This document shows positions 9,601 to 19,072 of a stretch of DNA of 64,000 nucleotides, in pieces; within the stretch, counting starts at the first letter, position 1; each line of letters begins with the position of its first letter. The notes beneath the pieces were generated by a model that searched no databases, had not been told where the DNA came from, and saw nothing but the letters and a program-made list of their open reading frames with translations. The position numbers and the translations under genes were made by a program. Origin of the DNA: an uncultured Clostridia bacterium (GTDB lineage: Bacteria > Bacillota > Clostridia > TANB77 > CAG-508); assembly GCA_934140005.1 (NCBI GenBank), contig CAKPBB010000001.1:6797-70796 (forward strand), read 5' to 3'.

Positions 9601-10950
9601 TTATTTACATATAATATCGATTCATTAGATATAATTCGTATTCAAACAGAATTATTAGAAAACAATATAAAATTAAATACTCAAGACTTTTACAAATATC
9701 GTACAATTCAAGCTTTAGCAAATGTAATCGATAACAATGAAAAAAATGAAGAACAAATTTTAGATGAGACATATCTAAAAAATGTAAATAATAGTTTTAA
9801 TAAACATTCTCAAAGTGCAAAATTTGAGCGTAATACTTATAAAAATATAATGCTTATTGGTGCTACTGGATATTTAGGTATGCATTTACTATATGAACTT
9901 ATTAACACAACTGATGCAAAAATAACATGTATTATAAGAAATAAAAAGGAAATTTCTGCAACACAAAGAATGCAAAATTCTTACAAATTTTATTTTAATA
10001 AGAAATTACCTTTAAATAGAGTAGAAATTATTGATTCTGATGTTACAAAAAAGAATTTTGGTTTATTAAAAGAAAAATATTTGGAATTAGTAAATCAAAT
10101 AGATTTAGTAATAAATACTGCTGCAAATGTCCGTTATTATGGAGATTATGAAAAATTCAAGGAAATAAATGTTGATCTACCTGAACATTTATCAGAATTT
10201 TGTTTGCAACACAATACTAAATTTATACATATTTCAACACTTGGTGTTTCTGGTAATTATTTAATTAATTTAGAGAAAAATTTTAATGTTTTTAAAGAAG
10301 ATGATTTCTTTATTGGACAAAAATATACTGAAAATGTATATATTCAAACAAAATTTGAAGCTGAAATGATGCTTTATGAAAAAGCTGCAAAGGGCTTAGA
10401 TGTAAGTATTATAAGAGTTGGAAATTTAACTGGTAGATTTAGTGATGGTCATTTTCAAAAGAATATTGGAGACAATGCTTTTTATAATATTTTAAGAATG
10501 ATATTAAAGTATAAAATTTTACCAAATACAATGCTAGATCAATTTTTAGAGTTCACTCCAATTGATCTTTGTGCAAAAGCTATTTGTTTATTAATCCAAA
10601 ACATTAATTATAATAAATATGTTTTCCATGTATTCAATCAAAACTATTTATCTGCACAAAATTTGATGAATATATTAAAAGAATTAAACTTTGATGTTTC
10701 AATTTTATCTGGTAATGAATTTAAAAATCAAATTCTTGATTTAAGTAAAAAGTATCCAGAAGAGAACATATTAAAAGGCATTGTAAATGATATCGATGAT
10801 AATGTTGGCCTAACATTTACGTCAACCGTACAGCAGCAAAATCAATATACTAACTTCTATTTAGATAAATTAGATTTTAAATGGCCTAATATTGATAAAA
10901 CATATATTGAAAAAATTATAGATTACATGAAAAGAAACAACTACATTTAA
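6679..10950 (+). CDS. single-module non-ribosomal peptide synthetase, C-A-T-R (terminal thioester reductase)
   Basis: 1423 aa. Condensation domain: HHLISDAW at 7072-7095. Adenylation domain: YTSGSTGIPKA at about 8455, plus YGPTETT, GDLGY and NHKVDRKALP. Carrier domain: NIDSLD, Ser codon at about 9622. Reductase domain: GATGYLG at about 9859. Confidence 0.9.
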   Translation: MEKVLYDLTNPQKSIWYTEQFYQNSSINNIVGYLKIEKNTNFAALEKAFNLFIMNNDSFKLKFIIQNNEPKQYFSDFIYEKIEIIDLEDFSQLEEFEKSFPKKPFSLNDNLLFNPVILRFPNTAGILVLSTHHLISDAWTMSLTLNEIYDNYIKLTSNQDFVDEKKPSYLDFIKSNSDYLSSEKFKKDKEYWSETFKTLPNIVSFKNTEHSSSISSSRKVFNFNDSLIAKIDTFCVQNNISVYIFLLAIYGIYFRNIFNTPNFVIGNPVLNRSNFKEKHTTGMFVSIMPFLFNITDSNSFVKFTEDLAVNQKKMYRHLKYPYHEILNQIHTDHNFTGNLYDIVFSYQNANIPSFCKWLPNYSQAESLQIHIKNLNEGKKALSVHYDYLTDIFSEEDINKMHARISNMISQVLENNSLLISDFEITSNSERNFLIKDFNTTKMNYPNSSNIVKEFEKVVKKYPNNVAVSSNTETLTYEELNHKANVLAKQILDSNIETDIIAFSLKRNVSIYIAILGILKSGHTYMPIDPDYPIDRINFMLENSNTKILISANDFVNNIKFDGKLIDFNFIDFNAKEKNLEIPIDSNKIAYIMYTSGSTGIPKAVAIKHYNVLNFANSMFKKLNYNPEYKQIVLSVTTVCFDIFVFETFPTLLSGLQIFIADELQAKSPKLLSEVITEQKISKILTTPSRVELLFDNEKYASCLTNVQEIILGGEPFPEILLNKLKHITKARLLNLYGPTETTVYSTFKDLTDCTDITIGKPIDNTQIYILNDNNKILPIGISGEICIGGDGVGAGYYKNPEKTNLNFIQNPYSKGIIYKTGDLGYINKDNEIICLGRKDHQIKIRGYRIELDDITNNIMTFDGIEKCVVIDRTDKNNKKYLAAYFVSKKEIDTNELRKYLVDLLPNYMIPTYFIQLDSIPLTLNHKVDRKALPEPKKTDIVSENITLPTTNTEKLLYKTIKNTLKISKLGTNIDLFTYNIDSLDIIRIQTELLENNIKLNTQDFYKYRTIQALANVIDNNEKNEEQILDETYLKNVNNSFNKHSQSAKFERNTYKNIMLIGATGYLGMHLLYELINTTDAKITCIIRNKKEISATQRMQNSYKFYFNKKLPLNRVEIIDSDVTKKNFGLLKEKYLELVNQIDLVINTAANVRYYGDYEKFKEINVDLPEHLSEFCLQHNTKFIHISTLGVSGNYLINLEKNFNVFKEDDFFIGQKYTENVYIQTKFEAEMMLYEKAAKGLDVSIIRVGNLTGRFSDGHFQKNIGDNAFYNILRMILKYKILPNTMLDQFLEFTPIDLCAKAICLLIQNINYNKYVFHVFNQNYLSAQNLMNILKELNFDVSILSGNEFKNQILDLSKKYPEENILKGIVNDIDDNVGLTFTSTVQQQNQYTNFYLDKLDFKWPNIDKTYIEKIIDYMKRNNYI

Positions 10951-10963
10951 TTGGAGGTTTAAA

Positions 10964-12967
10964 ATGAAAAACTTCATTAAAAAATATAAAATACAATTAA
11001 AATTATTATTAGCATTAACTATTGGGTTACTTATACTTGCCTCTGCCCTATACTTTCTAATCCCAATGATTTTAAATTATCCTGCTGATACTTATGGCAC
11101 TGCTTTTCAAACCGAAGTTGAAAATACAGTGTATATAAATCAAGTTGCACTTATATCACTTGCAATATTCCTTATATTTGCAATTATAATTTTTGCTAAA
11201 ACAAAATTCTTAGTTGATAACAAAGATTTATTAGAAGATCCTACGAGTTATAGTGAAGAAAAAATAAATCAAGTAAAAGAAAGACTTTTTAATGCACCCT
11301 ACTCTATATTAATTTTAAATATTATCATTCCAAGTATTGCATTAACTGTAATCCATGCTTTTACAATACATCAACTTGGAATTACTACATTAAAATTATT
11401 CATGCTCGTAACTTCATTTATTACATTATATGTAACAGCTGTATTCATTTATATAAATGGTTTATTTAAGAAAATACTTGTATCACTTCCTGTTACAGAT
11501 TTATCAAAGGTAAAAAGAAGTTCTATTAAAAAAAGAATTATTTATCATATCTTCCCTATTATATTGGCTTCACTGTTATTTATGACATTACTTGGATATG
11601 TTAAAACAGCTATTGAAAAAGGTAATTCTTCTTTTGAAGCATACAGTAAAAGTTTAAAATATTTCTGTGAATACAATGAAATTAGTTTTGATAATTTGGA
11701 TGATTTAATCAAAAAAAGTAAAGAAAATTTTGATCTATTACATAAAAATGATATTTTCTTTATCAGATTACCTAATGGCGAATTTATAAATCAAAACTAT
11801 GAAAAAATTGAGTTTAGTAATTTCTTTATAAAATACTTAAATGAATTATCTGACCAAAACAATGGCCGAGTTTATGAATATTATGGTATTGATGCACAAG
11901 GTGCAACTTACAAAATAAACATAGATAATGAAACATACACAATTGGTGTTTACTTTAACATCTTATCTATAGATGTATTAGGATATTTTTTAGTAGCTTT
12001 TGTTGTCTTAGTTTTAATAGATGTAATTATATTAATGCTTTTCTCAAATTCTTTCAAATATGATATAAATGTTATATCTGAAAAATTTGCAAATATGTCA
12101 AAAAACATAAACAATGAAAAAGAAACTAAATTAGCAACAACTTCTAATGACGAAATTGGTGATCTTTGCACTGCATATAATGAAATTGAAGCACTAACAA
12201 GAAGTAATCAAGACAGACTTATTGAAAAAGAACGTTTAGCATCTTTAGGACAAATGATTGGTGGTATTGCCCACAATCTAAAAACACCTATCTTCTCTAT
12301 AGCTGGTGGTTTAGAAGGTTTATCAGACTTAATAAACGAGTTTGATTCTTCTATCGAAGATCCAACTGTAAATGATCAAGATATGCATGATATTGCGAAA
12401 GATATGGATGATTGGATTATAAAATTAAAAAAACATGTAGAATATATGTCTGATGTCATAACAGCAGTAAAAGGTCAAGCAGTTGCTCTTTCTGAAGATG
12501 AAACTCAAGACTTTAGTGTATACGAATTATTCAAATATGTAGATATACTTATGAAACATGAACTTAATAATTCATTAACAGAATTGGAAATAACAAATGA
12601 AGTAGACAATTCAGTTACAATACATGGTAACATCAATGGCCTTGTTCAAGTAATCAATAACATTGTCTCAAATTCAATTGAAGCTTATCACAATGAACCA
12701 AATAAAATAATTAAATTGTCTGCCATTTTAACAGATAAAAACAAACTACTAATTTCTGTACAAGATTTTGGTCCTGGATTAGACGAAAAAGTAAAAAGTA
12801 AACTCTTCAAAGAAATGATTACAACAAAAGGAAAAGACGGAACAGGCTTAGGTTTATTCATGTCTTACTCAAATATAAAAGCTCAATTTAATGGTGATTT
12901 ATATTTTAAATCAGAACTTGGAAAAGGAACTACTTTTTATATTGAATTACCTTTAGAAAAACAATAA
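10964..12967 (+). CDS. polytopic sensor histidine kinase (paralog 1)
   Basis: 667 aa with several N-terminal TM segments. H-box is ERLASLGQMIGGIAHNLKTPIF. HATPase_c region has NNIVSNSIEA and GTGLGLF. ATG lies 13 nt after the NRPS stop, behind GGAGG. Confidence 0.85.
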   Translation: MKNFIKKYKIQLKLLLALTIGLLILASALYFLIPMILNYPADTYGTAFQTEVENTVYINQVALISLAIFLIFAIIIFAKTKFLVDNKDLLEDPTSYSEEKINQVKERLFNAPYSILILNIIIPSIALTVIHAFTIHQLGITTLKLFMLVTSFITLYVTAVFIYINGLFKKILVSLPVTDLSKVKRSSIKKRIIYHIFPIILASLLFMTLLGYVKTAIEKGNSSFEAYSKSLKYFCEYNEISFDNLDDLIKKSKENFDLLHKNDIFFIRLPNGEFINQNYEKIEFSNFFIKYLNELSDQNNGRVYEYYGIDAQGATYKINIDNETYTIGVYFNILSIDVLGYFLVAFVVLVLIDVIILMLFSNSFKYDINVISEKFANMSKNINNEKETKLATTSNDEIGDLCTAYNEIEALTRSNQDRLIEKERLASLGQMIGGIAHNLKTPIFSIAGGLEGLSDLINEFDSSIEDPTVNDQDMHDIAKDMDDWIIKLKKHVEYMSDVITAVKGQAVALSEDETQDFSVYELFKYVDILMKHELNNSLTELEITNEVDNSVTIHGNINGLVQVINNIVSNSIEAYHNEPNKIIKLSAILTDKNKLLISVQDFGPGLDEKVKSKLFKEMITTKGKDGTGLGLFMSYSNIKAQFNGDLYFKSELGKGTTFYIELPLEKQ

Positions 12968-12984
12968 AAATCGCATTATTTTTA

Positions 12985-13015
12985 TTGACTTATTTTTAAA
13001 TAAAGGTAATAATAT
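12985..13015 (+). promoter_or_regulatory. candidate internal promoter for kinase 2 / regulator
   Basis: TTGACT (12985-12990), 17-nt spacer, AATAAT (13008-13013). Confidence 0.3.
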
Positions 13016-13059
13016 ATTGTAGATTTATATACATAAGAAAAATTTTGGAGGACACAAAA

Positions 13060-14874
13060 ATGAATGTATTATTTTATTCATTTACTGTAGCTGTGTTCTT
13101 AGCAATAATAATACTTTTTCTGATATATTTATTAAAAGCAATAACAAAAACACAGTTACAACAAATATTTGCAGTAAATTTAATTTTGCTAATAGTTGCA
13201 TTTTTATTTATGTTTCTGCAAATACAATTTAGCGGAAAGTTTGGAATAGACCCAATATACTTTGATTATTACTCCTATATTGGAATTGTATTTTTACCTG
13301 TATCTATCTATTTTACATCCCTTATATTTACCAACACAAGAATAAGATTCAAGGCAAAATACTTATTATTATTTGTAATACCTGTAATTTCATTATTACT
13401 ATTATGGACAAACAATGCACATCATTTATTTTTTAAGGAATATTCAATACAATTATCTGAAAGTGTATTTGGACCATGGTTTTATATACATCAGATATAT
13501 ACATATTTCTTGTATGGATTGTCTATATTACATTTAGTAAATTATTTTAAGAAAAACTCTGGTATATTCAGTCAACAAATAAATTTAATAGTAACAGGAA
13601 CTGTTTTTCCTTTTATTGTAAATTTACTTGGAACGCTAGGAATTATAAAGTTAACAGTATATATTACTCCTATTGCATTAGCAATATCACTTATTTGTTT
13701 TGCAATAGCACTATTTAAATTCCAACTTTTAAGTGCATTACCAGTAGCACTTACCAAAATTGTTAATAGAATTTCAGATGGATATATAGTTTTAAATGAC
13801 AAAAATATTGTTACAGATTATAATCAACCATTTAAACATATATTTTCAATTGATAATACAGATATCAAACAAATCCACATATTTGATTTATTAGCAATGG
13901 AAGAGTTTGATGGTCTTGATGAATCAACAATAATTAAAGCATTAAAAGCTGTTGTTGATTCAAATGAAACATTAATATTTGAACAAGAGTTTCCAAATAT
14001 TGAAAAATATTTAAGACTAGAAGTTAATAGTATAAAATCAGATGGTGTATTTATAGGAGCATTAATATTATTTAAAGATTTAACACAACATCATAAAGAT
14101 TTAGAAGCAATAAAATCAAGTCAAAATATGCTTATAGAAAAAGAACGTTTAGCTTCTCTAGGCCAAATGATTGGTGGTATTGCACACAACTTAAAAACTC
14201 CTATCTTCTCTATTTCAGGAGCAACTGAAGGTTTGACAGATTTAATTAATGAATACAGAAGTTCTATTACAGATCCAACTGTTACAGTTGATGACCACTA
14301 TGCAATAGCAAAAGATATGGAAAACTGGGTTGAAAAAATTAAGAATTACACAGCTTATATGTCTGACGTTATAACAGCTGTAAGAGGCCAAGCCGTTACA
14401 TTAACAAATAGTGTTGACGAAACATTCACTATTGAGGAATTAGTAAAAAGAGTTGATATATTAATGAAACATGAATTAAATTCTGCTTTAGTAACATTAA
14501 ATGTCAATATTCAAACAGATAAGACATTTGAAATGCATGGAAACATCAATAGTTTAGTACAAGTTATTAACAATATAATCTCAAATGCAATTCAAGCTTA
14601 TAACGGAAAACCAAATCAAAAAATTGATTTCTCTATTTTTAAAGAAAACAAAAAAATAATCATTACTATAACTGATTATGGTTGTGGTATGAATGAAGAA
14701 GTTCAAGAAAAACTATTTAAAGAAATGATTACAACAAAAGGAAAAAACGGTACTGGATTAGGCTTATTTATGTCTTATTCTAATATAAAAGCTCAATTCA
14801 ATGGAGACTTAAAATTCACATCTGAAGAAGGTGTTGGAACAACATTTAATTTAATTATACCAATAAAGAAATAA
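13060..14874 (+). CDS. sensor histidine kinase with N-terminal 7TM-type domain and PAS-like region (paralog 2)
   Basis: Start moved from 13045 to ATG 13060, behind GGAGG. There are about 7 TM segments. The DHp/CA half is nearly identical to paralog 1 (IEKERLASLGQMIGGIAHNLKTPIFSI, KEMITTKGK.GTGLGLFMSYSNIKAQFNGDL). Confidence 0.85.
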   Translation: MNVLFYSFTVAVFLAIIILFLIYLLKAITKTQLQQIFAVNLILLIVAFLFMFLQIQFSGKFGIDPIYFDYYSYIGIVFLPVSIYFTSLIFTNTRIRFKAKYLLLFVIPVISLLLLWTNNAHHLFFKEYSIQLSESVFGPWFYIHQIYTYFLYGLSILHLVNYFKKNSGIFSQQINLIVTGTVFPFIVNLLGTLGIIKLTVYITPIALAISLICFAIALFKFQLLSALPVALTKIVNRISDGYIVLNDKNIVTDYNQPFKHIFSIDNTDIKQIHIFDLLAMEEFDGLDESTIIKALKAVVDSNETLIFEQEFPNIEKYLRLEVNSIKSDGVFIGALILFKDLTQHHKDLEAIKSSQNMLIEKERLASLGQMIGGIAHNLKTPIFSISGATEGLTDLINEYRSSITDPTVTVDDHYAIAKDMENWVEKIKNYTAYMSDVITAVRGQAVTLTNSVDETFTIEELVKRVDILMKHELNSALVTLNVNIQTDKTFEMHGNINSLVQVINNIISNAIQAYNGKPNQKIDFSIFKENKKIIITITDYGCGMNEEVQEKLFKEMITTKGKNGTGLGLFMSYSNIKAQFNGDLKFTSEEGVGTTFNLIIPIKK

Positions 14875-14886
14875 AAGGAGAACGAA

Positions 14887-15939
14887 ATGAGACATTCAGA
14901 AAATGTTGGCAATGTTAGCCCATATAAAATAATTGCCGTTGATGATGAAGGCGGAATAATTGATTCATTAGCTGTTTTTTTAAAACGTTCTGGTTACCAA
15001 CTTACTGGTTGTACAAATCCATTAGAAGCTATTGAATTAGTTAGAAATGAACATTTTGATTTAATGCTTCTAGACTTTATTATGACTCCTATTCATGGAG
15101 ATAAAGTTGTTGAAGAAATCAGAAAGTTCAACCAGGAATTATATATCTTACTATTAACTGGTCATAAAGACTTAGCCCCACCATTAGAAACAATTAAACG
15201 TCTTTCAATTCAAGGGTATTGTGAAAAAAGTGATAAATTTGACCAATTGCTTTTACTTATTGAATCTGCTCTTAAATCAATTGAGCAAATGAACATAATA
15301 AAGAAAATTAATAATGAACTAAAAGAATCTCAAGAAAACCTTGAAAAAGCTTACTTAGAAAGTATTCAAACCTTAAGATATACAGTTGAAGCTAAAGATA
15401 GATATACTCGTGGTCATTCAGATAGAGTATCAGAATTTTCTGTTCTTATAGGAAAACATATGGGCTTATCTGAAAAAGATTTAAAAACACTAAAAATTGG
15501 TGGTCTCTTCCATGATATTGGTAAAATTGGTATTCCTGATTCTATTTTACTAAAAGAAGGAAAATTAGATGATAATGAATATTCAGAAATAAAAAATCAT
15601 CCTAGCATCGGAAAACATATTTTATCAAATGCTAGCATATTTGCTGATATTATCCCAATAGTTTATCATCATCATGAAAAATATAATGGAACAGGCTATC
15701 CAGAACAACTGGCTGGTGAACAAATACCATTTTTAGCAAGAATAGCTGCTGTTGCTGATACATTTGATGCAATGACATCAAAACGTTCTTACAGAAATGC
15801 CATTCCTATTGAATATGTACGAGCTGAAATAGAAAAATGCTCTGGAACACAATTTGATCCTGAAATTGCAAAGGTTTTCTTAGATATATTAGATAATCAC
15901 TATGACGAAATACTAGAAATTCAAAACAAATATAATTAG
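14887..15939 (+). CDS. response regulator with HD-GYP domain (RpfG-like c-di-GMP phosphodiesterase)
   Basis: REC domain (VDDE..., MLLDFIMTP) followed by an HD-GYP domain (HSDRV, FHDIGK, HHHEKYNGTGYP, DTFDAMTS). Confidence 0.9.
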   Translation: MRHSENVGNVSPYKIIAVDDEGGIIDSLAVFLKRSGYQLTGCTNPLEAIELVRNEHFDLMLLDFIMTPIHGDKVVEEIRKFNQELYILLLTGHKDLAPPLETIKRLSIQGYCEKSDKFDQLLLLIESALKSIEQMNIIKKINNELKESQENLEKAYLESIQTLRYTVEAKDRYTRGHSDRVSEFSVLIGKHMGLSEKDLKTLKIGGLFHDIGKIGIPDSILLKEGKLDDNEYSEIKNHPSIGKHILSNASIFADIIPIVYHHHEKYNGTGYPEQLAGEQIPFLARIAAVADTFDAMTSKRSYRNAIPIEYVRAEIEKCSGTQFDPEIAKVFLDILDNHYDEILEIQNKYN

Positions 15940-15945
15940 TTATCA

Positions 15946-15988
15946 AAAGAATTGCTATTTGCCATCGTACAAATGCAATTCTTTTAAT
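15946..15988 (+). terminator. rho-independent terminator ending the kinase/regulator unit
   Basis: Stem AAGAATTGC (15947-15955) pairs with GCAATTCTT (15975-15983), followed by TTTT. Confidence 0.6.
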
Positions 15989-16016
15989 TTATAAAGAAAG
16001 GAGTTCGTAAAAAAAT

Positions 16017-16856
16017 ATGAACATCAAACAAACAAAAAAAGATGCTTTAGCGCGTCTATCTGGAAAATGGCCTAAGGCTCTAGTTCTAACATTAATCTAT
16101 ATACTTATAGTATTTACTCTTACTTATGTTGGAAATTATTGTCTTAGCCTTGCAACAAATGCACCAATCTTACAAGTTCTAATCGATTTAGTAATCCTTG
16201 GAATTTCATTACCTCTATCTTTTGGAGTTACAGCTACTTTTGTTGATTTATCAAAAGGTAAAGATGTAAGTTACACAGAATTTATTAATAAATCTATTTT
16301 AAACTTTTCAAAAGTTTGGCGTGTAACTTTTGCAATTGCATTAAAAATAATATTACCTATTATTCTTTTTACAATTGCCGTTATCGTAATTACAATGTTA
16401 TGTACTAGTATGATTAGTAATTCAGCAGAAGATATCTCTTTAGGTGCTGTTGCAGGAATATTCTCAATAGCTTATCTTGCAATAATGATATTTGCATTTG
16501 TAAAATTTTTACCATATGCATTATCATTCCTAGTATTAGCAAACGAACCAGACAAAACTGCAAAAGAAATAATAGAAACAAGTACTGTTCTTATGGAAAA
16601 TAAGAAATTAGAATATTTGTTACTTATCCTATCATTCTTTGGATGGCTATTATTAATTGCTTTAGTTGCAATGTTAGTAGGACACTTTACACAAGCAACT
16701 ATTACAACTGACATTATTGCAAATATTGGTGCAATTTTATTGTCACCATATATTTTAGTAAGTCAAATTGTTTATTATGAAAAACTTGCTAATAAATCAG
16801 ATAAAGATACTACAAAAAACGAATTAAACGAAGATGCATCATCTGAAAATAAATAG
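16017..16856 (+). CDS. DUF975-like integral membrane protein
   Basis: 279 aa. The N-terminus (KDALARLSGKWPKALVLTLIY) and multi-TM layout are typical of DUF975. Confidence 0.65.
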   Translation: MNIKQTKKDALARLSGKWPKALVLTLIYILIVFTLTYVGNYCLSLATNAPILQVLIDLVILGISLPLSFGVTATFVDLSKGKDVSYTEFINKSILNFSKVWRVTFAIALKIILPIILFTIAVIVITMLCTSMISNSAEDISLGAVAGIFSIAYLAIMIFAFVKFLPYALSFLVLANEPDKTAKEIIETSTVLMENKKLEYLLLILSFFGWLLLIALVAMLVGHFTQATITTDIIANIGAILLSPYILVSQIVYYEKLANKSDKDTTKNELNEDASSENK

Positions 16857-16864
16857 TTAAATAA

Positions 16865-16915
16865 AAAGAATATAAAATAATGTATTGACACAAAATTTTA
16901 TATTCTTTATTTTTT
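16865..16915. terminator. bidirectional terminator between convergent genes
   Basis: Perfect 14-bp stem AAAGAATATAAAAT/ATTTTATATTCTTT flanked by A- and T-runs. Confidence 0.7.
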
Positions 16916-19067
16916 ATTTAATTTTCATTGTTAGACTTACTTTTTGTTTTTCTCTATCAATTGAAAGCACTTTTACTTTTACGATGTCCCCTACTGATAC
17001 AACTTCTGATGGATTTTTAATATATCTATCAGCCATTTCAGAAATATGAACTAAACCATCATGTTTAACACCAATATCAACAAATGCTCCAAAATCAATA
17101 ACATTCCTTACAGTTCCTGTAAGTTCCATTCCCTCTTGTAAGTCATCAAATTTCAAAACATCACTTCTTAAAATTGGTTTTGGTAACTCTTCTCTAGGAT
17201 CTCTACCTGGTTTTGATAATTCTTCAATAATATCTTTTAATGTTAGAGAACCAACATTTAATTCTTCTGCTTTTTTAGTAATATCAACTTTCTCTAAAGC
17301 ATTTTTTATTTCCTCTAATTTGCTTTTATCTTTTAGGTTATCCACAGAATATCCTAAACTTGTTAATAACTTTTCTGCAACTTCATAACTTTCTGGGTGA
17401 ACTGCTGTAACTTCTAATGGATTTTTTCCATCCAATACTCTTATAAATCCTGCACATTGTTTAAAAGCAGCTTGACCTAGTTTTGGTACTTTTAATAAAT
17501 CTTTTCTTTGTTTTATTTCACCATTTTCATCTCTATATTTTACAATATTCTTTGCAATTGTTCCATTTATTCCAGAAACATAACTTAATAAAGATGGTGT
17601 TGCTGTATTTATATCAACTCCAACTGAATTTACTGCATCTTCAACCACACCAGTCAAACTTTCAGATAATTTCTTTTGATTTACATCATGTTGATATTGT
17701 CCTACTCCAATTGCTTTTGGATCTATTTTTACTAATTCAGATAATGGATCTTGTAATCTTCTTGCTATTGAGATAGCTCCTCTTAATGAAACATTTATGT
17801 CTGGATATTCTTCAGTTGCTAACTTTGATGCTGAATATACAGAAGCACCAGCTTCACTAACTATTGCATAATATAGTTCTTTATCAACTTCTTTTATTAG
17901 TTGTGATACAAATGCCTCTGATTCACGTGAGGCTGTCCCATTTCCAATTGCAATCATGTTAATGCTAAATTTATTTATTAAAGCTTTTAATTCTTTTTTT
18001 GCCCCATCTATGTCGTTTTGGGGCTCTGTTGGATAAACTGTCGTTGTAGCTAGTAATTTTCCAGTTTGATCTATTACTGCAATTTTACAGCCTGTTCTAT
18101 ATGCTGGGTCAAACCCCATAACTGTCATTCCTTTTATTGGTGGTTGAAGTAATAATTGTTTAGCATTTTTTCCAAAAACTTTAATAGCTTTTTCTTCTGA
18201 ACGTTCTGTTAAGTCATTACGAATTTCTCTTTCAATAGATGGTTCAATAAGTCTTTTATATGAATCTTCTATTGCATTAGTTAGCAATTCATTAAATTGA
18301 CTCTTATAGTCTTTAATTATTTGTTTTTTCAAATAATCTAAAATTTTGTCATCTGGCTTTTCAATTTTTACTTTTAAAAACTCTTCTTTTTCTCCTCTAT
18401 TTATTGCTAAAATTCTATGGCTTGGAATTTTTAAAATTGGCTCTTTATAATCATAATACATTTCATAAGGTGATTTCTCTTCTTTTGCATTTTTAGAAGT
18501 AATTACAGCTTCTCTAAAGCAAAATGATTTAATCTTCTTTCTGTAATCAGCATTATCTGCTATATTTTCAGCAATTATCTCTAATGCGCCTTGAATAGCG
18601 TCTTCTTCACTTTTTACACCTTTTTCTTCATTTATAAATTCTTTTGCAACTTCAAAAATATTTCTTTTTTCAGCTTGTAAATAAATTATATTTGCTAACG
18701 GTTCTAATCCTTTTTCTTTGGCAATAGTCGCCTTTGTTCTTTTCTTTGGTTTATATGGTCTATAAATATCTTCTAATTCTGATAATACCATTGTTGAAGC
18801 TATTTTAGTTGTTAATTCATCAGTTAATTTTCCTTGTTCATCAATCAATCTAACTATTTCTTCTTTTCTTTTTTCTAGATTTCTTAAATAAGTTAATCTT
18901 TCTCCTAAATCTCTTAAAATTTCATCACTTAGGTTTCCAGTCACTTCTTTTCTATAACGTGCTATAAATGGAATTGTATTACCATCATCAATAAGTTTTA
19001 CTGTAGCTTCTACTTGTGATTCTCTTATATTTAATTCATCTGCTATCTTTTTATAAATCTGATTCAA
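16914..19067 (-). CDS. tex: Tex-like transcription accessory protein (S1 RNA-binding domain)
   Basis: 717 aa. N-terminal hallmark is IADELNIRESQVEATVKLIDDGNTIPFIARYRKEVTG. The C-terminal S1 domain reads GTVRNVIDFGAFVDIG. Confidence 0.9.
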   Translation of the reverse strand: MNQIYKKIADELNIRESQVEATVKLIDDGNTIPFIARYRKEVTGNLSDEILRDLGERLTYLRNLEKRKEEIVRLIDEQGKLTDELTTKIASTMVLSELEDIYRPYKPKKRTKATIAKEKGLEPLANIIYLQAEKRNIFEVAKEFINEEKGVKSEEDAIQGALEIIAENIADNADYRKKIKSFCFREAVITSKNAKEEKSPYEMYYDYKEPILKIPSHRILAINRGEKEEFLKVKIEKPDDKILDYLKKQIIKDYKSQFNELLTNAIEDSYKRLIEPSIEREIRNDLTERSEEKAIKVFGKNAKQLLLQPPIKGMTVMGFDPAYRTGCKIAVIDQTGKLLATTTVYPTEPQNDIDGAKKELKALINKFSINMIAIGNGTASRESEAFVSQLIKEVDKELYYAIVSEAGASVYSASKLATEEYPDINVSLRGAISIARRLQDPLSELVKIDPKAIGVGQYQHDVNQKKLSESLTGVVEDAVNSVGVDINTATPSLLSYVSGINGTIAKNIVKYRDENGEIKQRKDLLKVPKLGQAAFKQCAGFIRVLDGKNPLEVTAVHPESYEVAEKLLTSLGYSVDNLKDKSKLEEIKNALEKVDITKKAEELNVGSLTLKDIIEELSKPGRDPREELPKPILRSDVLKFDDLQEGMELTGTVRNVIDFGAFVDIGVKHDGLVHISEMADRYIKNPSEVVSVGDIVKVKVLSIDREKQKVSLTMKIK

Positions 19068-19072
19068 AATTT

